Shown in pieces: positions 1 through 9,624 of a stretch of DNA of 64,000 nt. A model generated the notes under the pieces. That model had not been told where the DNA came from. It searched no databases and was given only the letters and a program-made list of their open reading frames with translations. Position numbers and translations under genes: made by a program. The number at the start of each line of letters is the position of its first letter. Position 1 is the first letter of the stretch. This stretch comes from Schmidtea polychroa (lineage: Eukaryota): contig CM097887.1 of NCBI GenBank assembly GCA_044892525.1, forward strand, positions 43,896,001 through 43,960,000, read 5' to 3'.

Positions 1-552
1 TTTAGGAACGTTCCGGATACCTGATTATGAGTCACTTGCACTTACTCTATTTAATGAGTCTTTTACTTTCACAATAATGAAGTTTTCAATTGAATCGTCC
101 TAATTTCTGTTAGATAATCTCTTGAGATATAAGCAAGTTTGTTGCAACCAACAAAAACATGGTGGATTCCTCATAAATGAATATATAACAATTACAACTC
201 TCTTATTGTTAGTGCTTTAATTAATTCGTTTATCCTGATATTGTTGATCTTTTTCAATATTATTGGGATAATGTATAAAGGCACAAAATAAAAATGAAGC
301 AGAAAAAAATCAATAAAACCATCAAATTAACAAAATTGCAAAAATTAATTAAAAATTTATAGAATGTAAAAATTAATATAAATCGAGGGAAATGGGTATG
401 TTTGAACGTGAAATCATAAGAAAAATCCAAAAACAATATAAAAACATTTAGTGGAGAGTTCATAGAAAAGTTATAAGTAGATGGATTGGGCACCGCTAGC
501 ACAGTACCCCCCACCCCCCCGGTCGTAAAAATTTTTCTAAGTCTAAAAGTAC

Positions 553-731
553 ATTTTTTTCAAGGTCAAATTTAAACAAAGACCATGACTCATCCTATGA
601 CTCATCAAGGTCATGTGACTCATAATATGACTCATCAAGGGCAAAAAATTTTTCAAGGCCATTTAAACAAAGACCATGCCTCATCAAGGTCATTTTCAAG
701 GTCGTATGACTCATACTATGACTCATCAAGG
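553..731. repeat. Degenerate TGACTCA/TCAAGGTCA-rich host repeat interrupted by the giant element (continues 30515-about 30650)
   Basis: Repeated atgactcat / caaggtca / tttaaacaaagacc motifs on both flanks and again at about 31300-31460. Confidence 0.75.
728..731. repeat. Target-site duplication AAGG (left copy; right copy 30515-30518)
   Basis: Removing the element and one AAGG gives gactcatcAAGGtcattttcaaagtcatatgactca, which matches the neighbouring flank repeat unit at about 680-713. Confidence 0.92.
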
Positions 732-3700
732 TGTTGGGGTTACACCTCGGCTGACCATTCTACCATGTTGGCGGGTCTAAGGGTTGATTGTCCATCTCGA
801 ATAAAAGGTGCCACCGATTTGTCAACCTGGAGTGAAACCCCACATAACTTTCTTCCAACATAGTGCCCGTGAATCACTTCACGTTGGTACTGCACTATGC
901 AGGCGAGACGCCAGCAAGCAGGTGAGCTTCTGCCTTAAAACTACTCCTTGCTGAGGCCTCGACTTCCCATTCACGACTGCCGATAGAAGGGCTTACGTCC
1001 ATTTCCTTACACAACCACCTATCAGGATTCGCTGAATGCAAATTGGGAAATTCTCACTAGATCTTGCGGGTTCTCTACTCAACCCACTTAATTCAAGTCT
1101 AATTATTCATGAACGAAAACGTGTAAGACAACAAGATTTATTAATTTCAACGTTATGACACAAGGATTCAGCTGTACTCTTTACTAATGTTTGTCGAAAG
1201 AAGAGAAAACATCATAATCAACATAGATCGGATCCTTGTTCCTCATCCTGACCGCCACTGGGGTTTTATTGTTTCTCCCATTCAGTGTCGGCGAATAATT
1301 CGTCGAGGTTGAAAAACTCGGAAGCGTTCTCTTCCCACCTTACGCCAGCGGCTGATATGATTCGCGCTGAGGGTCCCGTTGTTAGGTCGATGGACACGTG
1401 AGAGTTGCCACCGTTGGTTGAGTCCTCTATTGATGGGATGTTTGGCTTTGCAGTAGCGCGCTCGCGCTGTCTCTTCTTGCGCTCTGCACGAGAGAGTTGT
1501 TTGCGCTTGGGTTTGCTTGAAGATGCCACTTGCAGAAGGGTGACTGATACAGATGGACTAGCAGTGGGGGGCTTACTGGTACCCGTGATGACAACATCTG
1601 GACGCTTGGGGGACCATTCGGTTTCGACGCAGTCTCGGCACGGTCTCTTGAACGGTGGAGATGGATTCGAGGAAAGGTTGTGATGAGGCGGAAAGATGTC
1701 ATCGGCCTCTCGGATGGGAATCTGCACGATTTTTCGGGTTGTAGCCGCCTGCACGTAAACCTTATGCAGTGCCTCGGATTGTTCTCTGATTAGACTTCTT
1801 TGGGCACGGCTCTCAGATATAAGCGCGTCCCGGCAATGCTCGCTACGATCGAGCTTCTTTTGGATCTCTTTCATCCGAGCGGGACTAAACCATGTCCCTT
1901 CCAGCTCGTCTATCTTCCTCTTGTAACGTCCAATCTGAGTTTGTAGGTCCTTTATCACCGTATTTTTATCCGCGCACGAGAAGCACGGCCGTAATGCTGA
2001 TTTAGTGGTTGGTAGCATGCTTGCTATAAATAATACTAATGAAATGGAGAACATACGATTTTAGAATAAATTAGATACGACCCGCGTCCATTCGTGGATA
2101 CTTGACCGTCGAAAAGGAGGAAAACTTATTCTACAATCCGGTTTTACTACGGATCTTAGTTGTTAAAACAGTTTATTTAACCAAATGCCATCGGTTTGAC
2201 GCATGTTATTAACTTTGACTATCTATTGATCTAACTGTATGCATGAGGGACGTAATAATTGATAGGGTGTAAATATAATATTGGTGAAACAATATAATAA
2301 TGCTTTAGTAGAGGGACATTATAGTATGCGACCAAACCTTGCTATATGTTATCTATTTTAATTTATTAAAAACAAATTACTATCGCTCTCAACATATTTC
2401 TGATTCGAAATTTGTTATTGGAAGTGCACTTTTAATTCGGTAGTGAATGTGATTATCTATGTTGTCTACCATTGGTCTGAAAATATGTGATGAGTTTACA
2501 TCAGCCATTACTTTAACACCCTCATGGAAAATCCCATCGGTCATAACATATATCCAAATTTACGGATACTGCTGTCGACTGGTTGATTACATTATCGACC
2601 TATTGTGAATGTCACGTGTCGCGACTACTATGTATGCTAGTCTGATATTCTGTGCTCTCACCACATGGATTCGTGTATGGCTACTATCTTATCTCACTCA
2701 CTTGGTGTATGCCATTTTCACGGTGATTTTATCGATCCTGCTGTCGTATGATTTTCTCTGCACAGTGATTTATTTGAGTTATGATCTATGCTACCGCCAG
2801 TTCTCATCGCGGAGTTTTACCCTTATCAACTTGTGTGAATGATCACCATCGTTTGGAAATTTATTGGATCTTTTCAGTGATCGTCGAGGGAATAATTCTA
2901 CCAAATACTGGAGCATATTACTACTCTCGTCATTCTACTCGGATTTTCCTATTCAGATGTAATGCCGTCTCGATGAAACCTGTCCTTTTCTCTCAGGTTC
3001 AATAATTTGGATATATACAGTGATGACCTGGCTCTTATTGTAGAAATAAATGTTATTAATTAAATTTGGTGATATTTTACCTGTTTATAATTTTTGAAAT
3101 AACTAAGTCTATAAAACTTTCTGATTATAATATTAGAGAAGTTTTCGTAGAATCTCGCATTTTATAGTTTCGAGTTAGTTAAAGTTTTTAGAATACTTTC
3201 GTAACCTGACATACAATCTGGACAGGTTAGATGACATTGGGTCTATGATAATGGAATTTCATACGAATTTAGTTCTACTGAGTCCGGCAAATAGACGTTG
3301 TCGCAATTAATTTGATAAAACCATGTTTCCAGATGAAGCGTACTATGAGATGTTGTTATTTTTGACGAAGTTCACTAAATCGTGGTCTGGATCTCTTTTT
3401 TCAATAGGGGTAAGACTTACGAAAACGACTTGACGAAAGAAGAATGCGACGCCCTCAATCACTGTGCAAATCCTTGAAAATCCCTTCATTCGTATGACTA
3501 TCTTTGTGAAATCATTGTCTACCGGTTATTTTTTTTATCCATACCCCATTGTGATAATTTAGTCGCATCTTCAGCGATAGGACCCGTGAAGAAGCCTTCA
3601 CATTTCGGCCCAATCTAGCTGCGCGATTGAAATACTCCATGTCCACCGGCTGAGCTCCCGAAGGCACCTCATACCATGACATGGAGTATCTCAACTCCAC

Positions 3701-4574
3701 GTTACTCGTTAAATGAAAATTCATAAAATCTTTAATTCAAATAAAATACGGACATCTGGATAAAAATATTTTATTGATTCTGAAATACTTAAATAATACA
3801 AATTCCATCAATACGTTAAAGTTATTAAAATGGAGAATCAAATGAAGAGAGTTAACTAAAATGTTTAATCGTTAATATTTAACATTATTATTAGCTTTGC
3901 AAATACTTAAATAAATCTATAAACAAATGAAATACCCCTTACTATTGTTAGGCTGAGTCAAAATTCAATGTTGTTCGTTCCAAATAGTTCTAATGGTGGT
4001 CCGTTGGATGTCGATTATTGTGATGAATGGTATTTCGGTCTCTGAACTGGTTTTGAATAGTTGTGGAGTTTTCTGAATGACGGTTGCTTGGCTAGTAGTG
4101 TCGATCCTATGAAATGCTCGGGGTTAACAGTAAGCAGTAAACATTCTTTCTTACCTATGAAATGCTCGGGGTTAACAGTAAATTTAATGTTTTTGGTAGT
4201 TGTATATATATCAAATTCTTATTTGTGCGGACCAATCAGAGTTGAGTACCGCTTATTTCTATTAATTTAATATAATTTTCTTGTTTTTAGGTTGTTTTTT
4301 CCTTATTTTCTTTATTTTTAATATGTTTTTCTATTTATTTCCTTAATTTCCTTATTATTTCTTGAATTCCTCTTTATTTATTTGTCAACTTGTTCTATTT
4401 TAATCTTTTCTTAATTTTATTTTTTTGTTTTAATTCTTATGTCTTAATTATTATTTTCCTTATATCTTATTCTATTTTATTTCTGATTTTATTTATTTTA
4501 TTTTTATTTTTCTTAATGTTCTACTTCCCTACTTTCTTATTTTTCAACGATTAAATTTTCGACTCAGCCCAACA
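732..4574 (-). repeat. 3' LTR (3,843 bp)
   Basis: Matches 26672-30514 wherever compared; every ORF-track protein inside it is reproduced identically at +25,940; 7-bp terminal inverted repeat TGTTGGG/CCCAACA. Confidence 0.97.
1266..2054 (-). CDS. LTR-encoded 262-aa protein (hydrophobic N-terminus, two CxxC, coiled coil, Arg/Lys-rich motif, acidic-aromatic C-terminus); function unknown
   Basis: Intact ORF in the sense orientation of the element; MFSISLVLFIASML, CFSC, CRDC, KPKRKQLSRAERKKRQRER, EFFNLDELFADTEWEKQ. Confidence 0.75.
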   Translation of the reverse strand: MFSISLVLFIASMLPTTKSALRPCFSCADKNTVIKDLQTQIGRYKRKIDELEGTWFSPARMKEIQKKLDRSEHCRDALISESRAQRSLIREQSEALHKVYVQAATTRKIVQIPIREADDIFPPHHNLSSNPSPPFKRPCRDCVETEWSPKRPDVVITGTSKPPTASPSVSVTLLQVASSSKPKRKQLSRAERKKRQRERATAKPNIPSIEDSTNGGNSHVSIDLTTGPSARIISAAGVRWEENASEFFNLDELFADTEWEKQ

Positions 4575-4803
4575 AATCACTCGGGGACCCATCAAAATTG
4601 CGTCCCGCAATTGCATAATTAACTTAATTCATTCATTCAAAAAAAAAAAATATAACACGAACACGGAAAATTATACAACAATGATAAAAACTTTATTGTA
4701 AGATCAAGGTCAAAGCAAGACCAAGCAAGTATCACTTAAGGTGATAGTTGGTACATACAATAAAAGTTTCCACATATAATAACACAAATGTTTGAATTAG
4801 AGT

Positions 4804-5472
4804 TTATGAATTGTTAACCATTGATGCTTCTGCTGGCGGCTGTTGGTTGGTTTGGGTATTGATGTTGAGATAGGTCTGACTATTAGATTTCGGCTGGATT
4901 GGTTGATTACTCGGGGTTCGAGGTCGGAATGGGGTTGGGTTAAGATTTGTCAGGGGCACTTCTTGAGGATTTTGGTTCGAGGTTACTCTTATTGATGTCG
5001 AGATTCTACATCTATTTCGAACTTCGTAAATTTTCATGAATATTGGTAGACATAGGAGGAGGGTTTCTGCGATCACCACATATATGAGATAATGGGCGTT
5101 ATTGATTTCGGGAGGTATTTTTGGCTTTTCTACCAGATTTCCAAAATTCTCTTGTTGCATTTGTTGTTCCAACTGGTCGAATTGTTGAATTTGTTCGAGG
5201 ATTTGTTTGTTTATCATTTTACAAATGGGATTCTTTTTACACATTGTTTGGATGTTGTTGATGTGTGATCGGGTTGATTGAATGGTTTGGATGATATGGG
5301 TTTTTACGGTCATCGGGTATGTGCATTGACTGGATTCTTGTTTAGGTTCTTGATTTTGATTTCGGTAATCTCGTACGATTTTCGGTTGGGCGTCTATTTG
5401 TTTGCTCTCCATCAGAATCATCAATACCATCATTGTTATCATCATCTCGCCTCGCATGATACTATTATACAT
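4804..5472 (-). CDS. Accessory type I membrane protein (222 aa; likely start at Met 5457 or later)
   Basis: Met-rich signal MMITMMVLMILMESKQIDAQ, Cys-containing helical ectodomain, TM YLIYVVIAETLLLCLPIFM, Pro/Gln/Asn-rich tail. Confidence 0.75.
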   Translation of the reverse strand: MYNSIMRGEMMITMMVLMILMESKQIDAQPKIVRDYRNQNQEPKQESSQCTYPMTVKTHIIQTIQSTRSHINNIQTMCKKNPICKMINKQILEQIQQFDQLEQQMQQENFGNLVEKPKIPPEINNAHYLIYVVIAETLLLCLPIFMKIYEVRNRCRISTSIRVTSNQNPQEVPLTNLNPTPFRPRTPSNQPIQPKSNSQTYLNINTQTNQQPPAEASMVNNS

Positions 5473-5512
5473 TCATTATGTTTATTTACAATTGGTTTTA
5501 ATGACCCTTAAT

Positions 5513-6265
5513 TTAATGGTTCTGATTTGGATTATTTTCGCCGATTCTCATCAAGGTGGACTCTGCTTTAATTACCCTGTGTCTTAACTCGGGCAGCATT
5601 TCCAATTGTCGGTCTTTTTCACGGGCTTCTCTCTTTAGATGTCTAATTTCTTTTTCCAAGCGTCTAATTTCTTCCCTTTTCTTTTCAAGGTTTCTTTTTA
5701 GCTCGATTTGTAGGAGATCTTGTTCGTTTTCTTGCAGGTAATTTTGTTGTTGATGTTTTCTTTCTATTTCTCTATATTTGCGGACCCACTTCCTCATTTC
5801 TTTACTTTCCCGTTGGTTTTCTTCTAGTTGTCGTTTTAATTTATTTATAGCTGTTTGGCGCTCCTTCGCCTCAGTTTTCCAGTAGTCCTGGATTACCTCC
5901 TTTGCTTTGAAGCTTGCCCTCTCTTTCCATAGTTCTTCCGCTATCTTTTCCCAGTTTTTCCCTCGCTTCCTTTGTTCGTGTAGCCATTCATTTTCCTCTT
6001 CCGTTTCTCTTTTTATTTCCCCCAACGCTTCGCACTCTTTCTTTAACACCTTTATCATTTTCCGGTCCTCTAGGTATTTGTTTATTAATCTCCCGTTTTC
6101 GTATTTCTCTTCCCGTAACTCGGCCTTTAGCGTTTGTGTTTCTGTTGGTTCTGCCTCAATCTCTCCCTCTTCTACGTCGCTCATAATTTCTATCATTTCC
6201 TCGATTTTCATATCTATAATATGTACAGTTAATGGTGCGCTATAGTGCGACTTATACGTATACAT
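5513..6265 (-). CDS. Accessory coiled-coil protein (250 aa; likely start at Met 6211)
   Basis: Long Glu/Lys/Arg-rich heptad-like ORF, co-oriented with the element; no recognisable domain. Confidence 0.7.
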   Translation of the reverse strand: MYTYKSHYSAPLTVHIIDMKIEEMIEIMSDVEEGEIEAEPTETQTLKAELREEKYENGRLINKYLEDRKMIKVLKKECEALGEIKRETEEENEWLHEQRKRGKNWEKIAEELWKERASFKAKEVIQDYWKTEAKERQTAINKLKRQLEENQRESKEMRKWVRKYREIERKHQQQNYLQENEQDLLQIELKRNLEKKREEIRRLEKEIRHLKREAREKDRQLEMLPELRHRVIKAESTLMRIGENNPNQNH

Positions 6266-6382
6266 TGATATAAAATTTAATAGTTTGGGTTACAGTCCCT
6301 TGAATACTTTTACAATACTTTAATTTTTTTTTTGTTTGGGATATACGTCCCGGTTTTTAGTTTTTCATCTTTTCATCCACCC

Positions 6383-7492
6383 TTATACGAAGGTTTCCTC
6401 CTGGCCTACATAACCTTCATCACTATCGACCGCGGGATGTAACTGTATCGCAATAGGGTCGTATGGTAGGTAATATTGGGGGATTTGAGCTCTCAATTCA
6501 TTAATTTCGTCTCTTAGAGCTCGAGTGATGTTCAATTCCTCGTCGAGCAGATAGGTGAGATACCTTGTCTCTTCGTCTTTCGCCTCTATCTGTTTGTCTA
6601 GGGCCTTGATTTTCTCGTCGCCCTTCCATTTTTCAATTTCTATTTCTAAGTTTTTAATATTTTCGGTGTACATTTTCCTTTCGTTTTCTAATTTTCTGTT
6701 TTTTCCCGCTAGGACCATGTTTCTTTGTTCCAGCGATCCTTGTAATCCATTAAGGTCTCTTTTCATCTCTTCTACCTGATTTACTAATTCCACAACCCGT
6801 CCCGCTTGTTGGGTTATCATCTCTTCCATTGCGGCATTCTCGTGCTCTCTTATGTCGCACTTCATTGCCAAATGTCGCTCAAACTCCATAGCCTTTGTTT
6901 GCCAGGTTTGGCTTCGGGCGGCGACCTTTCTCAACCTTTTCAATTCTTCCTTTATTATTAAATTCTCCTCCCATTTACCTTGTTCGCTTTCATATCCGAG
7001 TCTCATGGGCAATTCTTTCATCTCTTTTTTCATTTCTCTGTTTTGTCTTTTCCATTTTCTCGCTTCTGCCACTAAGTGCATCATTTTCCTGTCTTCTATT
7101 TGTTTTTCCGCTTCGCGCTTGGTGTTCTCATCGGTAAGTCTTTTTCTCGCTTCCTGCACTAGCTGCTTTAAGTAGTGGCTGTGTGCTTCTTGGCGGGTAT
7201 TTTCTAGTGACGCCCATTTTGATGCTCTTTTGCATGCTTCTGCTTCCGCTCTTAAGTTGTGTATTAACCATTGGTATTGACTATTCTCATCTTCTCTAGT
7301 TTCTTCGATGTGATTTCGGGTGAGATTAGTTAGTTGGAACATTACTTTGTTCCATTTTTTATTATGTTCTCGGGGAATTTGTGTCTTGTTGACATTGGTT
7401 GGGGCTATCGCAGTTTCGGTTATTTTCTCTTGTGTCATCTCTAAATCATAGACATCGATTAATCTTTTTATTATGAAAAGGAATTTATTCAT
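6383..7492 (-). CDS. Accessory coiled-coil protein (369 aa; likely start at Met 7438)
   Basis: Long charged heptad-like ORF, co-oriented with the element. Confidence 0.72.
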   Translation of the reverse strand: MNKFLFIIKRLIDVYDLEMTQEKITETAIAPTNVNKTQIPREHNKKWNKVMFQLTNLTRNHIEETREDENSQYQWLIHNLRAEAEACKRASKWASLENTRQEAHSHYLKQLVQEARKRLTDENTKREAEKQIEDRKMMHLVAEARKWKRQNREMKKEMKELPMRLGYESEQGKWEENLIIKEELKRLRKVAARSQTWQTKAMEFERHLAMKCDIREHENAAMEEMITQQAGRVVELVNQVEEMKRDLNGLQGSLEQRNMVLAGKNRKLENERKMYTENIKNLEIEIEKWKGDEKIKALDKQIEAKDEETRYLTYLLDEELNITRALRDEINELRAQIPQYYLPYDPIAIQLHPAVDSDEGYVGQEETFV

Positions 7493-7630
7493 TATTTACT
7501 GTTTCTTGGGAAATTTTCGCATCATTTTTGGGTTTTCGTATTTAGGGTTTTCATACTATTATTATATAATATTTTATTGGTTATATACACCGATATATAC
7601 AGATTATTATATACAACATTATTCGATTGG

Positions 7631-9019
7631 TTACTCCGTTCTACCCTTCTCCTCTTTCCTCACGGTCATCTTGATATATATGGTATCATTTCTCGCCATA
7701 TCTTCTACTCTTTGTTGTGAGATGAACGTAGGTGCTCCTGTTGCTGATCCTTCTTCGTTGAGGGGCCTCTGGTAAGCTATTTGATTCCCCGTTGTTTTGA
7801 AGCTTTGCTCATGTATACTTTGGTTGTTCATCAGAGTAATATCGATTTTTGCCTGGAACGGCCATTCTAATATTTCGTCGTATTCTCCTTTACATAACAG
7901 AAAGAAAATCGAAAAGTGCGTATCCAATCCGGTTCCGTCCCCGTTGGGATATACCTTCATTTTCATTTTGTACCCATTTTTCCAAGAATGGAATGTAGGA
8001 CTTGTTATTCTTGTCTCTTCTCCGGTTTTTGCTTTTCGTATTCTTTCTTTTACTCCCGTTATTTTCCATATGTAGGGTGCTGTTGGGGTTATCTCATTTA
8101 GATTTATTTCCCGTATTTTCTGATGTAGCTCCTTGGCCTGATTATTACTGATTTCTGTTCGGTTTATTTGCATCTTTATGTTTGCTCGGGCTTCTTCGAA
8201 CGCTTCCCTTTCTTCTAGTAGTTCTTTGACTAACACTTTCAACGATGTTATCTCTATCTCCATTTGTTTTACTTTCTCTTCGCTTTCTTGTAGCGCAGTC
8301 GACCACATTTCTGCGTGAGTTGAAGCATTTCCTACTAAATGATGTGGTAACTCACCTCGGTGTAGTAGTTTCTGACAACCCCATCTACCTAGTACACATG
8401 TCATTCTTTTCTTTGCGCATTCCCTTAGATGCTGTGCCACCTTCATTATTTCCCCTTGGTTACATCCGTTTGGGCATTCCCCACTGAACTCTGCACATAC
8501 TCTCTCCTCTTGGACATTGTGATGTTTGAGGGTGAGATTTATCCACGTATCTATTTCTCCACAGTATTCACATCTTTCCAATCTCTCTTCACACTGCCTT
8601 TGATGCTCTTTTTCTTCGCTTGCTCGAATGGTTTTATGGCACCTTTCACACTGGCCAATTCTGTACATACATTCTCCCATATGTTGTACTACCTTCCATA
8701 TTACTCCTTTCCATTCGCATGGGGCATTTTTGCATCCCAGGTTGGTGTTTAACATGTCTTTCACTGCGGCTTTATCCTCGTTAGTGTCTTCTAAACTCGA
8801 TATTAGTGTCTCTTTACACACCGGGCACCTCTGTGGTCTATTCTTTATTGCTTCACTGATACATTCTTTACATACTCTGCATCCACATTGCGTTTGGTGA
8901 GGTTCCTTTAACAACTTTTCACATATTCCGCACATAACATGTTTGTGTATTCTGATCGTTGTAGATTTTCGGACTTGCTCGACAATCTCTCTGAACTCTT
9001 CTCTTTGTCGTTTATCCAT
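7631..9019 (-). CDS. TRAF-family protein (RING, TRAF zinc fingers, coiled coil, MATH/TRAF-C), intronless, inside the retroelement
   Basis: CGICEKLLKEPHQTQCGCRVCKEC...CPVC RING; C-x-N-x2-C-x-W-x-G...H-x3-C zinc fingers; YIWKI...SPTFHSWKNGYKMKMKVYPNGDG...HFSIFF...GEYDEILEWPF TRAF-C signature. Paralog cannot be assigned by eye. Confidence 0.93.
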   Translation of the reverse strand: MDKRQREEFREIVEQVRKSTTIRIHKHVMCGICEKLLKEPHQTQCGCRVCKECISEAIKNRPQRCPVCKETLISSLEDTNEDKAAVKDMLNTNLGCKNAPCEWKGVIWKVVQHMGECMYRIGQCERCHKTIRASEEKEHQRQCEERLERCEYCGEIDTWINLTLKHHNVQEERVCAEFSGECPNGCNQGEIMKVAQHLRECAKKRMTCVLGRWGCQKLLHRGELPHHLVGNASTHAEMWSTALQESEEKVKQMEIEITSLKVLVKELLEEREAFEEARANIKMQINRTEISNNQAKELHQKIREINLNEITPTAPYIWKITGVKERIRKAKTGEETRITSPTFHSWKNGYKMKMKVYPNGDGTGLDTHFSIFFLLCKGEYDEILEWPFQAKIDITLMNNQSIHEQSFKTTGNQIAYQRPLNEEGSATGAPTFISQQRVEDMARNDTIYIKMTVRKEEKGRTE

Positions 9020-9104
9020 TCTATAATTATATGTACAAATAGTTCTTATCGATACAGGTTCGATATTTTATTTACAATTATTTACATTTTAAGCTAGGTT
9101 TGGT

Positions 9105-9488
9105 TTAGGGTTCGGAAGAGTCGGCTTCGTGCCCGCTCTCCTCTCTATTCATTAGCCATTCCGACCAGTCTTCTATTTCTGTCTGTTCTGCTTCCTCCCT
9201 CATTCGGTCTATTTCAATTTCCTGTCGACGGCTATATTGGGTTATCCTCTCTATCTCTCTTTGCATTTGTTCGATTTTTAACCTCTGGTCTTCAATTATC
9301 TTCAAATAACTAAATCCTCTGTTCATACTCTCGATCAGGTTTCTGTGCATCGTCAGTCCTTGTTCTTGCAAATTGGACACTAATTGTGCTAATACGGCAC
9401 ATTGTTGCTTCCATAATTCTTCAGTTACTGTATTGTGGTTCATTTCGTTATTTCCTTGATCCATTCCTAATTTATATACACTTTTCAA
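9105..9488 (-). CDS. Accessory small coiled-coil protein (likely ATG start at 9464, MDQGN...)
   Basis: ORF track starts at a TTG; first ATG at 9464; helical, acidic C-terminus. Confidence 0.62.
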   Translation of the reverse strand: MKSVYKLGMDQGNNEMNHNTVTEELWKQQCAVLAQLVSNLQEQGLTMHRNLIESMNRGFSYLKIIEDQRLKIEQMQREIERITQYSRRQEIEIDRMREEAEQTEIEDWSEWLMNREESGHEADSSEP

Positions 9489-9624
9489 CTCTTATGTAAA
9501 TTTAATTTTATTTTATGATTCCCGTTATTGTATAATATTGATACCGCGCTTATATAAAGATATAGTACTGTTATATACATAAGATATACTTACTTTTTAC
9601 AATTATATACAGTCATATTCCTTT

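Noticed and set aside
2609-3724. Short ORFs in the LTR (2609-2842, 2781-3005, 3512-3724)
   Set aside because: Under 80 aa, alternative starts, no recognisable features; not distinguishable from chance.
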